This document shows, one piece after another, positions 38,560 to 50,689 of a DNA stretch of 54,356 bases. The DNA lies in the NCBI RefSeq assembly GCF_001194135.2, contig NC_068983.1, positions 74,559,690 to 74,614,045 on the forward strand, written 5' to 3'. This DNA comes from Octopus bimaculoides. Lineage: Eukaryota. The notes beneath the pieces are model-generated. The model ran no database searches, was not told where the DNA came from, and saw only the letters and a program-made list of their open reading frames with translations. Numbering within the stretch: the first letter of the stretch is position 1; every line of letters starts with the position of its first letter. The position numbers and the translations under genes are program-made.

Positions 38560-39266
38560 TTCACAACATTGTTGAACTAACTATGTATGGTCCTGCTCGA
38601 ACTACTGGTATCTATCCTATCAGGAGGACTTATCCAGCCTGAATTTCTATACAGCAAAATTGGAACCAATCCAAAGAGAGGTCTACAAATAAAACTGGTC
38701 CAACATTTTATATATGCAAGACATTGACTTGAAACTCAGCTAGTTCATGTCAACAGTGCAAGCTACATGCACTAAATATGCCCCAGAAAGAAAGGCCAGC
38801 GCACTGACAAACAAGATTGCTAGGGACAAACAAATCCTTATGAGACGCAGGCCAAAGGTCTTAAAGCGGATGAATAGGTAGCTGGGCAGGTGAATGATAG
38901 TTAGAAGTCTTTATATGGGCACTTCTAGAAATCGCAATCAAGATCAAACTGTCTTATGAAAGGGAAAGAGCAGAGATAAGAGAGCTATAGAATGCATAAA
39001 GTCATATCCCAAAGCTTTCTATAAATTGGCAACTAAAACAGCCGCAACACAATATAAAATAGGACCAGTGTGCCAAGGGAATGACTCACTGACAACGGAC
39101 CCATGTAGGATAAGTGAGATACTCAGTGAACAATTTTAAAATGTCTTCACTTCCCCCCTCCCCCAGAACACATGCAGAAAAAAATCCGACTGAATTCTTT
39201 AATATTGCAGCTCTAAAAAAGGAGGACATCAACATTGAGGAGACACATGTAACAGTGGCCATAGAT
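38560..39266 (+). mobile_element. CR1/Jockey-type LINE ORF2 fragment (endonuclease-RT linker), pseudogenised
   Basis: KIARDKQILMRRR..AIECIKSYPKAFYK..KIGPV..DP..ISEILSEQF*NVFTSP..EDINIEETHVTVAID, matching the KIPRDR.ILMR..IK.NPKAFY..IGPL..EIL.EQY.SVFS.P linker motif. Confidence 0.7.
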
Positions 39267-39605
39267 GACGAAGCTCGTCTTCTAGGCTGTAGTTTCCGGC
39301 TCACAATTTCTGGAACCACCGTTGACACTTGCTTACGCATATTGTCCGATCCCCATATATACTGCATTAATATTCCTCGCAATTTCCGTTGCGTTGTTGC
39401 CTTTATTGAACTCATAAAGCGAAAAATGCTGAATATGCTCCTTTGTCACTTCCATTATAACTTTGAAAAAATAACCGTTAAAATCGAACTGCACACTTCA
39501 AAAGTTGCACTAAGAATAACAAGTTGATGCAGGTAGTTTATCCCTTTCCCCTCCGATTTTGAGTTCAAGCAATTGAAAACGCATTATTTGTGGAATGACC
39601 CAATA
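39267..39605 (-). mobile_element. Mariner transposon 5' fragment (one TIR plus transposase N-terminus)
   Basis: TA at 39604-39605 then TTGGGTCATTCCACAAATAATGCG; ATG at 39455(-): MEVTKEHIQHFSLYEFNKGNNATEIARNINAVY/(frameshift)GDRTICVSKCQRWFQKL*AGNYSLEDELR, a mariner helix-turn-helix region. Confidence 0.85.
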
Positions 39606-39684
39606 TATATATGCATACATTTATATGCATACATTTATACATATATATATATATGTGCACGCACACACATACATACATATCCCG

Positions 39685-39970
39685 CTACACTGAGTCGACC
39701 AAAGTCTTGTGAGTGGATTTCTTAGCCGAAAACTGTAGGAAGTCCATTATATATAACACAGTGTTTGTGTCTTTGTGTTTGTCTTCCACCACCGCTTGAC
39801 AATCGGTGATGATTTTTACTTTCACCCGGCTACCTAGCGGTTCGGCCAAATAGAAAAACAGTAGAAACACCAGGCTCAAAAAAGTACTGGGATCGATTCG
39901 TCTGATGAAACCATTGAAAGCGGTACCCCAGTATGACTGCAATTCAATGACCTTAAAAGTGTAAGATAAA
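39685..39970 (+). mobile_element. SINE family B, 5'-truncated and diverged
   Basis: CGACCAAAGTCTTGTGAGTGGATTT..CCACCGCTTGACAATCGG..CTAGCGGTTCGGC. Confidence 0.75.
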
Positions 39971-41402
39971 AATACGTATTTACTCTTGTGTATACATATA
40001 TATATATATATAGACAGACACATCCATTCTCTACTTCTATTTCTGCTTTATTACGTGCAGTTTTGTTACACGTAACAGGAAACCCATAAGCAAATAAACA
40101 TATTTATATAAAAAAGGGGGCTTGTACCGCAATAGAGTAAAAACATGCAGAGTATTACATATCTTTAGATGGGTACATGTTTGTACACAAGTACAGAAAT
40201 AGTCAGTATGTACACGACTAGGGAAGCAGATTTGTATACAAAAACAAACGTAAACACATGAAAAGGCACATATTCATATGCACACATACTCGCATGTACA
40301 CCTACAGATTCACCTATGCGTATATAAAGAGATATGATTACATGCATGTGTAAATACATACTCACACACATATACATAAACACCGATATACATACATGCA
40401 TACAAGCATACAAACATACTTACGTACGCGCATACATACATTCATACATGCATGGAATCACATACACATACAGCATCTATATTACACTCAAGGCATAAGG
40501 AGAATTATGGATTCTTATTGTGGTTAATTAAAAATAATCACGTAAACAACTCTAGCAATCACCATCATCATTTTAATCATCATTTTCGGTATCATCATTG
40601 ATAATTGGTAGAGCAGTAACAACAGTACAATTCCGAATCATAAAATGCCTTAGAGCATCTAAATTATTTATTTTACAAGAAATTAAAAAAAAACATATGG
40701 GCTTTACAATACACGTAGGATAGCGAAACGACGGAGGAGTAGAACAGTAGCCACTGTAATGAGAAGCATACTTCAGGCACTGAATTGTGAAAACTCAACG
40801 CGTTCATGTACGAACGACGTTAGCGTAAGGGTGTCGGACATAATGGAAATCAAGGTGGTCGTTAATAGAATCAATGTACTGACAGAGCACGCTTTAACGA
40901 ACAAAGTTTAGATTCCAGCTCTGCAGTTACGTAACATCGCGTAGTTCAGTGTTATGAGTTGTTGAACATATGGTTTTATTAAGATGCCTGAACTCTATTC
41001 TTAGCTACATTTCTAAGTAGATAAGAACTGGAATGACTTTATGAGCAGTTCATTCAGAAAAAAATATTGATATAGGGTCATACTCGATAGGTTGGATGTT
41101 GTATACGTCGACAAAGAGCACTCGAATTGTCTGCAATTCTGCAGAACATTTCTTTACAGACTATTGGCAACTTCCAAACGTCTCTTGCCTGGCAATGCAT
41201 CTGAAGGGCATTGTTAGAGACAAACTTTAAAATCACGGGCCTGATTATAATGGGTCACTTCGTAATGTACACAGGGTGATAATACCGTACTTCACAGACG
41301 CGTTCAATATTTGTTTATGGATGATTTTGTAAAACCGTTGAAATCAACTTGCCCCCTCCCCTGAAATTGCAAGCTTTGTGTCAAAATTTGAAGGAATAAA
41401 TA

Positions 41403-41930
41403 TTATTGAGTGATAGAGAAGTGCATACCTTCAAAGTGACACTGGGGTAAAATATACGAAGCACAGTATACCCGTCATGACTACTTGTCTGATAAGCTAT
41501 ATGTGCGCGATATGGTGATCCCTTATCAAGATAAACAGCGCATGACTTTGTAGGTGGGACACAGTTAGAAATTGTTTCAGGTCAAGTAGCCCACACCGCT
41601 CAAAAGGTCCCTGAATAAGGATTGTTTAAGGAAGATGTACGAAATACCCATGTTTCCAGGGGTGAATTATTCAACACCCCTAAAATTCCTCTCAACACAC
41701 GGCTATGGTGCACCCTACTACTCCTGTTCGCCATCAGAGATGCACATCGTTATCTACCAGGGACATGCTCAACTGGTTAAATTCAAACAACTGAAAGGAA
41801 AATTTGTGGTACTGAGCAGAATATTTGCTGCAGCCCATCTTTAATACCGAGACAAAACATGTACGTGACAACACTTTCAATCAGTTTAGATGAGAAACCA
41901 TGAGCGTCACTGCCTGGTGCTGCATCAGGG
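41403..41930 (-). mobile_element. About 530-bp non-coding interspersed element flanked by (TAA)n
   Basis: GC-richer block starting GCCCTGATGCAGCACCAGGC and ending ..CTCTATCACTC(AAT)n; TAA/TTA repeats on both sides; no tRNA A/B box seen; I recall similar sequence as a common octopus repeat (unverified). Confidence 0.6.
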
Positions 41931-41957
41931 CATTATTATTAATATTATTATTATTAT

Positions 41958-42884
41958 CCAGTAGTTTTATTTTTATAGCATGCTTTCACTTCACTACCGA
42001 GCGCAGCTCTGTGTGCCTTGGGTATGTGCTGTAGTTTGCTGTGATGCTCTTATGGTTACTGTATTGAAAGTGTTTTGCATAGGATGTGTGCAGTACGCAG
42101 TAGTGCAATTTTCTGTATGTTATATATATTTGTAAGTCCTGGTGTTTTTGTTATGCATTTGTCTGAATATTTTCTTTGTATCATAACTAATGCGCCTACT
42201 ATGATAGGAATTGTTTCTGTTTTTAGATTCCACATTCGAGTTACCTCTATTTCCAGGTCTTTGTATTTTGAAAGTTTCTCCATTTCTTTTAGAGAAACGT
42301 TGTCATCTGCTGGTATTGATACATCAAGTAGCACGCATTTTTTCCTTCATGATCTCTGACAACTATATCTGGCCTATTAGCCTTAATTTCCCTGTCTGTA
42401 TTGGCATATCCCAGAGTATGGTTGCTTTCTCGTTTTCCTGACCTTTTCTACCGTGTGACTATACCATCTTTTTTCTGTTGTTATTCCATAGTGTTGGCAT
42501 AGCTTCCAGTGTATATAGGTCCCAGCTCTGTCGTGTCTGGGAATATATTCCTTCTTAGCCAGGACTGGGCAGCCAGAGATAATATGATTTATTGTTTCTT
42601 GTCCATCGCCACATATTCTGCAGTTACTTGCTATGTTTCTTTTCAGTATATGTTTTTTTTGTAATTTCTGGTGGGGAGGCTTTGGTCTTGTGCAGCAATT
42701 AAAAAATCATTCAGTCTCTGCTTTGAGTCCTGAGCTTCTCAACCATTTCTGGGATTTTTCTCTGTCTATTTCTTTTGCATTTAGTTTAGCCCAGTATTTG
42801 TCATGAAGGGGCTTTTCTTGCCATCGTTTTATCATGGTCTGTTGATGTTCTAGTTTTAGTTTTGATTTCATTTGTTTTATAGCT

Positions 42885-42886
<2 letters not shown>
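41958..42886 (-). mobile_element. R4/Dong-like REL retrotransposon, 5'-truncated 3' end
   Basis: WQEKPLH..WLRSSGLKAETE..AAQDQSL.., CCHC knuckle CRICGDGQETINHIISGC, ILWDMPI, LLDVSIPADDNVSLKEMEKLSKYKDLEIEVTRMW..TAHIL; both ends abut (TAA)n. Confidence 0.9.
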
Positions 42887-42967
<81 letters not shown>

Positions 42968-43007
42968 TTTGTTGTTGTTGTTGTTGGTAATGTTGTTGTT
43001 ATTGTTG

Positions 43008-43084
<77 letters not shown>

Positions 43085-43110
43085 TTCATCATCATTACTG
43101 CTATTATTAT
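42887..43110. repeat. (TTA)n tract with internal (GTT)n
   Basis: Direct reading; source of the poly-Asn/Ile/Leu ORFs. Confidence 0.95.
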
Positions 43111-43114
43111 TATT

Positions 43115-43335
43115 GCGGAAGCTTCGATCTGGCAGAATTATTTGTACACCGGATAAAATGCTTACGGCATTCTGTACGTCTCTACGTTCTGAACTCAAAT
43201 TCCACCGAGACTGAATATGCTTTTCATCTTTTCGGGAATTCGATAAAATAAATACCAGCTGAGTACTGGAGTGGATGTAACTGACTAGCCGCCCATCCAA
43301 AATTTCAGGTCTTGTGCCTATATTAGAAAAGATTA
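43115..43335 (+). mobile_element. SINE family C embedded in (TTA)n
   Basis: GGCAGAAT..TTCTGAACTCAAATTCCACCGAG..GATAAAATAAATACCAG..CTTGTGCCTATATTAGAAAAG then (TTA)n. Confidence 0.8.
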
Positions 43336-43336
43336 A

Positions 43337-43410
<74 letters not shown>

Positions 43411-43413
43411 TAA

Positions 43414-44130
43414 TGTTCAGTATTTGCTAGATTGAGACAAATTTCTACTGCATCATCTGCTACGCATTGTGCGTTCTTTTCTGCTGTTTGGAGTGTGCGA
43501 ACACTTCCCGGTACTGCATTGTGTTAGTTTTTTCCTTGAGGTGTGGTCCTGTCTTTTGTTATAATACTGTTACTATTGTGTGTTGNNNNNNNNNNNNNNN
43601 NNNNNNNNNNNNNNNNNNNNNNNNNNNNNNNNNNNNNNNNNNNNNNNNNNNNNNNNNNNNNNNNNNNNNNNNNNNNNNNNNNNNNNNNNNNNNNNNNNNN
43701 NNNNNNNNNNNNNNNNNNNTCCTTGAGGTGTGGTCCTGTCTTTTGTTATAATACTGTTACTATTGTGTGTTGTGTCTGTAATGCCTTGGCTGTCTAGCTT
43801 GCTGGTGTAAGTTTATTTCGGTGGGTAACTGCTGTATAGAGTGTGTCTTGTATTTGTGGGTGGTTCTGCATATGTTATATTATTGGATTGATCGGGTTTT
43901 ACGTAGGATGTGGGCTGTTCCTAGCAGGGCTATTTCTTGTACATTGTGTAGTGTTGAGGTTCCAGTAATAGCTTCTACATTTTTGTTCATATGATTTTTT
44001 ATCATGCCCAATGTTCCAATTATTATTGGTATTGTTTTTTACCTTCATACTCCACATTTTGTATACGTCAATTTCGACGTCTTTGTAGTTCGACAATTAC
44101 TCCACTTCTGTTTTGACAATGTTTTGATCT
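43414..44130 (-). mobile_element. Second R4/Dong-like 3' fragment (REL C-terminus plus 3' UTR, gapped)
   Basis: SNYKDVEIDVYKMWSMK.. with frameshifted IPIIIGTLGMIKK and EIALLGTAHIL; bounded by (TAA)n at 43340-43410 and 44131-44216. Confidence 0.8.
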
Positions 44131-44140
44131 ATTATTACTA

Positions 44141-44215
<75 letters not shown>

Positions 44216-44216
<1 letters not shown>

Positions 44217-44430
44217 CAAGACCGCAACCTCGCAGAATAGTTAGCATGCCGGACATCATGCTAAGCTACATTTCTTCCGACTTTACATTCTGAGTTGAAC
44301 TTCCGCTGAGGTTGACTGTGCTTTTGCTCTTTTCGGGTTCCATAAATTGAGTGCCAGTTGAGCATTGTAGACGATATTATCTACTATGCCCCTCCTTCAA
44401 AGTTTCACACCTTGTGCCAATAATAGAGAG
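44216..44430 (+). mobile_element. SINE family C, diverged
   Basis: GCAGAATAGTTAGCATGCCGG..TTCTGAGTTGAACTTCCGCTGAGGTTGACTGTGCTTTTG. Confidence 0.75.
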
Positions 44431-45029
44431 AATCATCATTATTATATTGTGCTAAAGCTACCTTCGAGATAGTTCCATAAATGTTGAATGTGATGATGTA
44501 TATGATAAAGGAATATTTTTATTGACATTGAACATCTGGAATTTTTACGTTCTGTTTCATTACTAGGGGTAGGGGGTGAAAAAAATGGCTTTTAGACAGT
44601 AACTTTGTTTTTAAAGAATGTTGTTTACTAGTTATTCAAGATAAGTTCTGCAGTAACAGTAAGAGGTGCTAGCTTCCAGCGTCGTAGATGATGAACGAAT
44701 CATAATAAAGATCTGAAAATATTGTGACAAAGTTCCAAAGAAAAAGCATACAAAAGAAAATAAGAATACAATTGAACAAGTAGACACAGAACATACTTTA
44801 ACAAAGTCATAAAAAAACTTCTCGAAACATTCTTAGTAAGAGCAGTGGTAGCATTTTTCAATAATTGCTAATCGGAGAGGTGATCGATATTAGTCGTTTT
44901 CCAAATAATGACTATTTGGGTGAGATTTGGGATTTCGATAAACATGGAAGTTCTCACGAACTCTGAAGACTACAAACCATCTCGCAGTTGTATCCATTGC
45001 GTGACAAAAAGAAATCAAGTAGGCGATTT

Positions 45030-45655
45030 ACGTCTCCATTCACGGTTTTGAATCAGGATAAAACCGTCAGGGTCTCTGCTCAGAGAGGCCGGGGAAAGAA
45101 GAGAAGAGTGAAAGTGATAGTGAAGCGCCAAAGTACCAGCAACAGCAGTAGACCATAGAAACTACTGTTTGCAGACAACCATTAGTTATAGCTCTGAGGA
45201 TAATGGGAAAAAAAACATCTCGTCGTGAGGGACAAGAGATAACGACTGGAAATCTGAGTGCTCCCATCGTAGTACTCTCACTCCGAAATCTTGAAACATT
45301 GGCGCGGAGAAGGAGACTCGAAAAAATAGCAGACTTTCGTGGTAAGCCACCTTCAAAAGAAAAAAACAATATAGGAAGTACGATTTCCAAAAGTTCAAAA
45401 AAGATACACTGGATGAGCTTATACCCCACTCTAACGGCGTGAAATTCATATTTCTTTAAGCTGACAATGAAGAAATTATAGATCATATAATTTCTTTATG
45501 TGAGGCTTTGGATAATGGGATGAGATTTTATACAAAACGTATATGGTAACGTATAGGTGGAAACTGAACTAGCATATCTATCAAGAACTACATTTGGACA
45601 TACTCTGTAAACGGTGGACGATTTTATCCTGAATCAAAACCGTGAATGCAGACGT
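45030..45655. repeat. Inverted-repeat pair with 39-bp arms (45030-45068 and 45617-45655) around an ORF-like interior
   Basis: 36/39 identity between one arm and the reverse complement of the other. Confidence 0.75.
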
Positions 45656-45721
45656 GAATACCGTCAATAACAGATGGCGACTTATGAGTGTGTGGGCGAT
45701 TTTCTCTTATTTTTTATTGAT

Positions 45722-45763
<42 letters not shown>

Positions 45764-45939
45764 GTATGTATGTATATCATAAGTGAAGTATTACTCACTC
45801 TATAACCCTGATTTTCGGTTACATATACCGGTTAAACTATGTTGGAATTTCGTCAGCTTTGTGACTGGTTAGCCGGGACCTCAGTTGGAGTGCTTACATT
45901 GGGCTGTTTGATTCTTTGATTCCCACTCTTAAATCTTAA

Positions 45940-45990
<51 letters not shown>

Positions 45991-46141
45991 ATCGATGTGT
46001 TTATTTGTAATAATACTTTTGCATGCTGTACAATGTTATTGCATGTTATTGCTTTACTCATCCCATACTTCACCATACCTACTGTAACCTCATTGTAACA
46101 TGGTGTGATATGAATAAACGATCCCTGGTGGAATGTAAAGC

Positions 46142-46199
<58 letters not shown>

Positions 46200-46607
46200 C
46201 ATTATTATTATCACAGTGCTGGAAATAGAATTAAATAGCATCAAAATACTGAAACATTAATGAATTTGATGAAGGAAATAAAAATATTAAATGAAACAGA
46301 ATATTTATAATATATTGGGAATCACGTCTTGTTAGTTGGTCATGTACACGTGCTAAATTATCAGAGACTATAAAATTCTTCGAAATATTATCACAGTTGA
46401 TTGAATCTAATTGTCTCCTTTCCATTTTAAATAGTTACCATAGTGATAATGAAATTAAATGTCTTCCAGCATATTTCCATACAATCTATCAAAGTCTTTC
46501 CCAGGTAAAAATTAATCAAATACGTTTTATATCAAACTTGACGTTCAGAAAAGACAATTACTTATCAAAGTCTTTTTATTCTATCAATTCCTTTTGATTA
46601 TTTCTCC

Positions 46608-46690
46608 TCTTCCTCCTCCTCCTCCTTCTTCTTCTTCTTCTTCTTCTTCTTCTTCTTCGTCTTCTTCTTCTTCTTCTTCTTCTTCTTCTT
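46608..46690. repeat. (CCT)n/(CTT)n microsatellite
   Basis: Direct reading. Confidence 0.95.
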
Positions 46691-47099
46691 GCATTTGTTA
46701 TTGTTAATGTTCCTTTTTTTTTACGAAATCAATATAAGAATCTAAGAAATGATTCTTAAAATTAATTTGGCAGAATTATGAGAGCATCAGATAAAGTATC
46801 TTTCAGTATTAAATTACGGCCGATCACGTTCTGTGTTCATATCATGCCGAAGTTAACAGGCCTTGTAACCCTTGTAACCTAAATGAATAACCGTACGCCC
46901 GAAAATATGTGACCTGTTGCCTGTTAGAGAACATCTTGATTACATTCTGTTTTAGATTTTTACCCTGACAAGGCGTACTACATAAAGCTGTCCATTTCTG
47001 ATTTAGTGTTTTGTGATTTTTCACTCGAAAGCCTTGAGAACTGGTCAACAAAACCAAGAAAATGGTCAAAAATAATGTAAAACAAAGCCTTAACGTTTT

Positions 47100-48426
47100 G
47101 AAACAAGATGGGAGTAACAGAAAACTTTATACAAATCAGTACACACGTGTATGATGAAACACTTCGAAAAAATAATGAGATCTTCTTCACTGAGAATAAA
47201 GTATGTGAATTAAATACCAAAATATTTTATAGGGATATTAGTAACAATAAAATTGGACGGTATCAACGGGAATCAAGCATGATTAAGAGGGGGTAACTGG
47301 AATAAAAACATTTAAGCAGTACAAAGCACAATGGATGAAAAGAGAACAAAAAGCTTATAATAATAGCACAAACATGCATTACCATGGGTGATAAGAACTC
47401 CAAGCAACCAGAAATGCCATAGGATTGAAAAGATCTCTAGCATCTGGCCAGTATCCATGGGAATGGAGCGGCAATATTTAAACGGGTAAACTGACAAGAG
47501 TCAACACTTGCTTGACTATTCAAGAAAAAAGCAACACGAAAACAAGGGAACCGCAAATGTGCATGGTAATAATTCTGAGAAATAGAAGGAAAAGATAAGA
47601 CCAACACTTGGAGATGGCTAAGAAGAAGTAATTTGAAAGGATGCACTGAGGTATTGATATGCAGCGCTCAAGAACAAGCTCTGAGAACTAATGGATAAGA
47701 GTAGCGAATCGCACCTTTGTAGGATGTGTGGCATCAGAAACGAAACAATCTCACTCACATATTGTGAGTGAATGTAGCAAGCTGGTTCAAAAGCACTACA
47801 AAAAGGGTCACGCTAACGTGGCTAAGTTCGTCCACTGGAGGCTATGTGAAAAGTACGGCCTAAACAGAGCACGGAAATGGTACGAACATAAAACCAGAAG
47901 GAGTCACCAAGAACAAGAAATATAAGATACTGTGGGATTTTACAATCCAGTGTGACTCCCTGATCGATACTCGGAGACCAGATATTGTTGTAGTAGATAA
48001 AGGTAAAAAGGGAACCAAGATAATATGTATTGCAATACCTGGGGATGCACGCATAATTGACAAAGAACTAGAAAAGATTATAAAATACAGACTACCAAAG
48101 ACAAAGTCGCAAGAATATGGACTATAAAGGAGAGTATCTGTCATTTCAGTAGTTCTTGCGGCACTCGGAACACTAACAAGCAAGATCGAGAAATATGTCG
48201 AAGAAATCGGAATTAACACGAGAGCAGAGCAAGCCCGAAAAAACGCTCCGCTGGGGACAACTAGGATTCTGAGATTGGTACTTGGATATTGAATGTCTTT
48301 CACGATAATTAACAACCAAGTATCAAAGCTTATGATGTGCGGAAAGAGACCCAGTGAGACTTCTGACATCATGCTGCTGTCCGCTCTCACCGAATCTACC
48401 AGAACAAACAAGACCGACTGTTCTGA
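47100..48426 (+). mobile_element. R4/Dong-like REL retrotransposon copy, apparently with the RT internally deleted, ending in (TAG)n
   Basis: WRWLRRSNLKGCTEVLICSAQEQALRTN, CRMCGIRNETIS/HIVSEC (CCHC, 4-bp duplication), KILWDFTIQCD..RRPDIVVVDK (47972-48001)..IAIPGD..EKIIKY; followed by (GTA)n at 48427-48478. Confidence 0.88.
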
Positions 48427-48431
48427 GTAGC

Positions 48432-48478
<47 letters not shown>

Positions 48479-48786
48479 CAACTCTCTCACCAGAAAATGT
48501 TTCGAACATCTTGTTTGAAAAAAGTATAAATGAAAACTGTGGACGTCAAGTTAAAGATATTGACGGTTCAGTGCACAAATAAACTCTCACAAACAAGTAC
48601 AGAAGATACAAAGAAGGCAATAAAACAACATAGCAAATTCTCTTCAAATCAAGCGATGAAATACGTAAAACTTATTTACATCTCTTGTATTAGAATACTA
48701 TATATGCAATTTAGACAAAAGAAGGGAACATAAAGAAAAAAAATAAACAGCTAATCCTCGTGAAAATATACAAAATAAATTATATG

Positions 48787-48822
<36 letters not shown>

Positions 48823-48879
48823 ATAAACAGCAGGGAAAAGATGTATTAGTTTTAACTAAACTATAAACAACTATTTTAT

Positions 48880-49380
48880 AACCATAATACTCAAAGTTGA
48901 TTATTATATCAAGTAAGGATGTGGAGCCAGAAATTTAAATAAAAAAGATGGATTTGCGATTAGAAATCTTTGCCAAACATACTAAAAGTAGAACATCCAA
49001 AGAGCAAGAATTTGCACAGGTACTTGAAGCAGCTCAAATTCCACAGAACGTGTTAAGGAAGACCAATTTAAAAAAAAAATTAATCGCCATAAAAGAATTC
49101 TTAAAAGAAAGTTGTGGAGTGGTGCATGAATTCAGTTATCAGATAAAGTGTCTGACTCTGTACGTAGAACTACAGAAACCAATGTCTTTTATTCAAAAAT
49201 TTCAACAACAGGGGCACGTCAGATTTTATGACACACTGAAGAGCCGCTTGTGGGAAACTTCGAAGTCAGACTCCCCTTACAGTTTCTTTAAATAAAATAC
49301 TTAGATTTCGCATCCGTATTGGATCGCTCGCTTTTTGACCATAGTTATTCTTGATCAATATTCACCTGATGCTAAACACC
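48880..49380 (+). mobile_element. Probable PLE 3' end/pseudo-LTR with degenerate hammerhead motif
   Basis: Coding-like remnant ending ..SFIQKFQ (similar to the PLE C-terminal FI.KF.P motif), immediately followed by CTGAAGA..GAAACTTCGAAGTC. Confidence 0.5.
49236..49267 (+). ncRNA. Degenerate minimal hammerhead-ribozyme motif
   Basis: CTGAAGA + GCCGCTTGTGG + GAA + palindromic ACTTCGAAGT + C; stem II lacks its closing C and stem I does not pair. Confidence 0.45.
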
Positions 49381-50689
49381 AAGATCTTCACCACCTCCAC
49401 TACGATCACCACTCCCTCACCGCCACCGCTATCATCTTAATCATCATTGTCATCCCCATCCTCATCATCGTCATCATTATTATTCTCTACAGTCGGTAGC
49501 GATATTATAAATTCCCCATAAATAAATGCCCCATTCAGCATTATTCTACTGTCCGAGTTGAAATACTGCCAGATTTAATATTTCTTCCCCTCTTCTATGT
49601 GCCTGATAGAATATGGTTTAAGAATGTTCTAAGTTTTACTCAAACGACTGGAGCCCCTTCCTCTTCCTTTACTTTCTGGTAAACTTTATATCTTTGTGCT
49701 GACATTAGAAATCGTTATAGTGCAGTAATAAAGTGACAATATAATTTAGAAACAGATTGGAACAATGAATGTTGTCAAAAACATAGAGAAACAAAACAAA
49801 GACAACACAATAACAACAAATGCTAAAAATAATCAATATTTCTTATGATTCTTGGAACCACGACTTAGATTTCTATCGATTATTGTCGTTATATTCTAAT
49901 AATCTATTTTCTGATAAATTATTGTAATGTTATTTTCTTTTTGCTGTCCGAACCGCCTCTTTATTAAACCCTGTGAAGAGTTTCTGGCTTACACATTTAT
50001 TATACGTACTTCTAAAGATTTCTTCATATCTTATAGTCACGCTTTAACAACACAACGTGTAATCAATTGAGACATATGTACTCATACACATACATACACA
50101 TATCGAGGAAGTCCGATCAAAATGGCGATAGTACAATATCGGTAGTACAATAGAATTATTTTACAAGCACATTCGTCCCATCACGACCAAAGTCGAAAAC
50201 TGCTTATAATAGGAAATGCGGCTGACCGGCTCCCTACTTTGAATTCCTAATGTATATAAAGAAATCTCTCTTTTCTTTGTAATGAATATTATGTTTTCGA
50301 TCATTCACATGACAAACTATCTTTCTTTCGTAGTAGATTAGTTTTTATTATTTTCCGGGCGGGAGATAAAATTTTTAGTTCAAAATACTAAAATACCATG
50401 CAGAATACTGAATGTTATGGAGTTTTAAGTTTCCACAATGGTTTGCATTAAAGAAAAATCATCTCTTGTACACTGAGACTGTTTTACAAACAAGATGAAA
50501 GAGGAAAATATTGTGAATGACTCAAAAGACTATATATTAATAAGTACATACATATACACCTGCACCCACCTAGTCCTCATGTGCATACATATACACACAT
50601 AGACATGTGTGTGTATGTGTGTGTGTGAGTGTCTATGTGGGTGTGCGTATCTATGTGTGTGTGTGTGTGTGTGTGTGCATGCTTGTATG

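Noticed and set aside
41100-41330. YLFMDDF-like motif suggesting another RT remnant
   Set aside because: Single short motif without colinear support.
42707-43300. 197-aa poly-Asn ORF and 183-aa ORF 47860-48411(-) as host genes
   Set aside because: The first is SINE plus (AAT)n plus a retrotransposon frame; the second is antisense to the REL domain.
43534-43772. About 52-bp direct repeat flanking an N gap in a retrotransposon 3' UTR
   Set aside because: Most likely an assembly overlap or collapsed local tandem repeat; cannot be resolved from this sequence.
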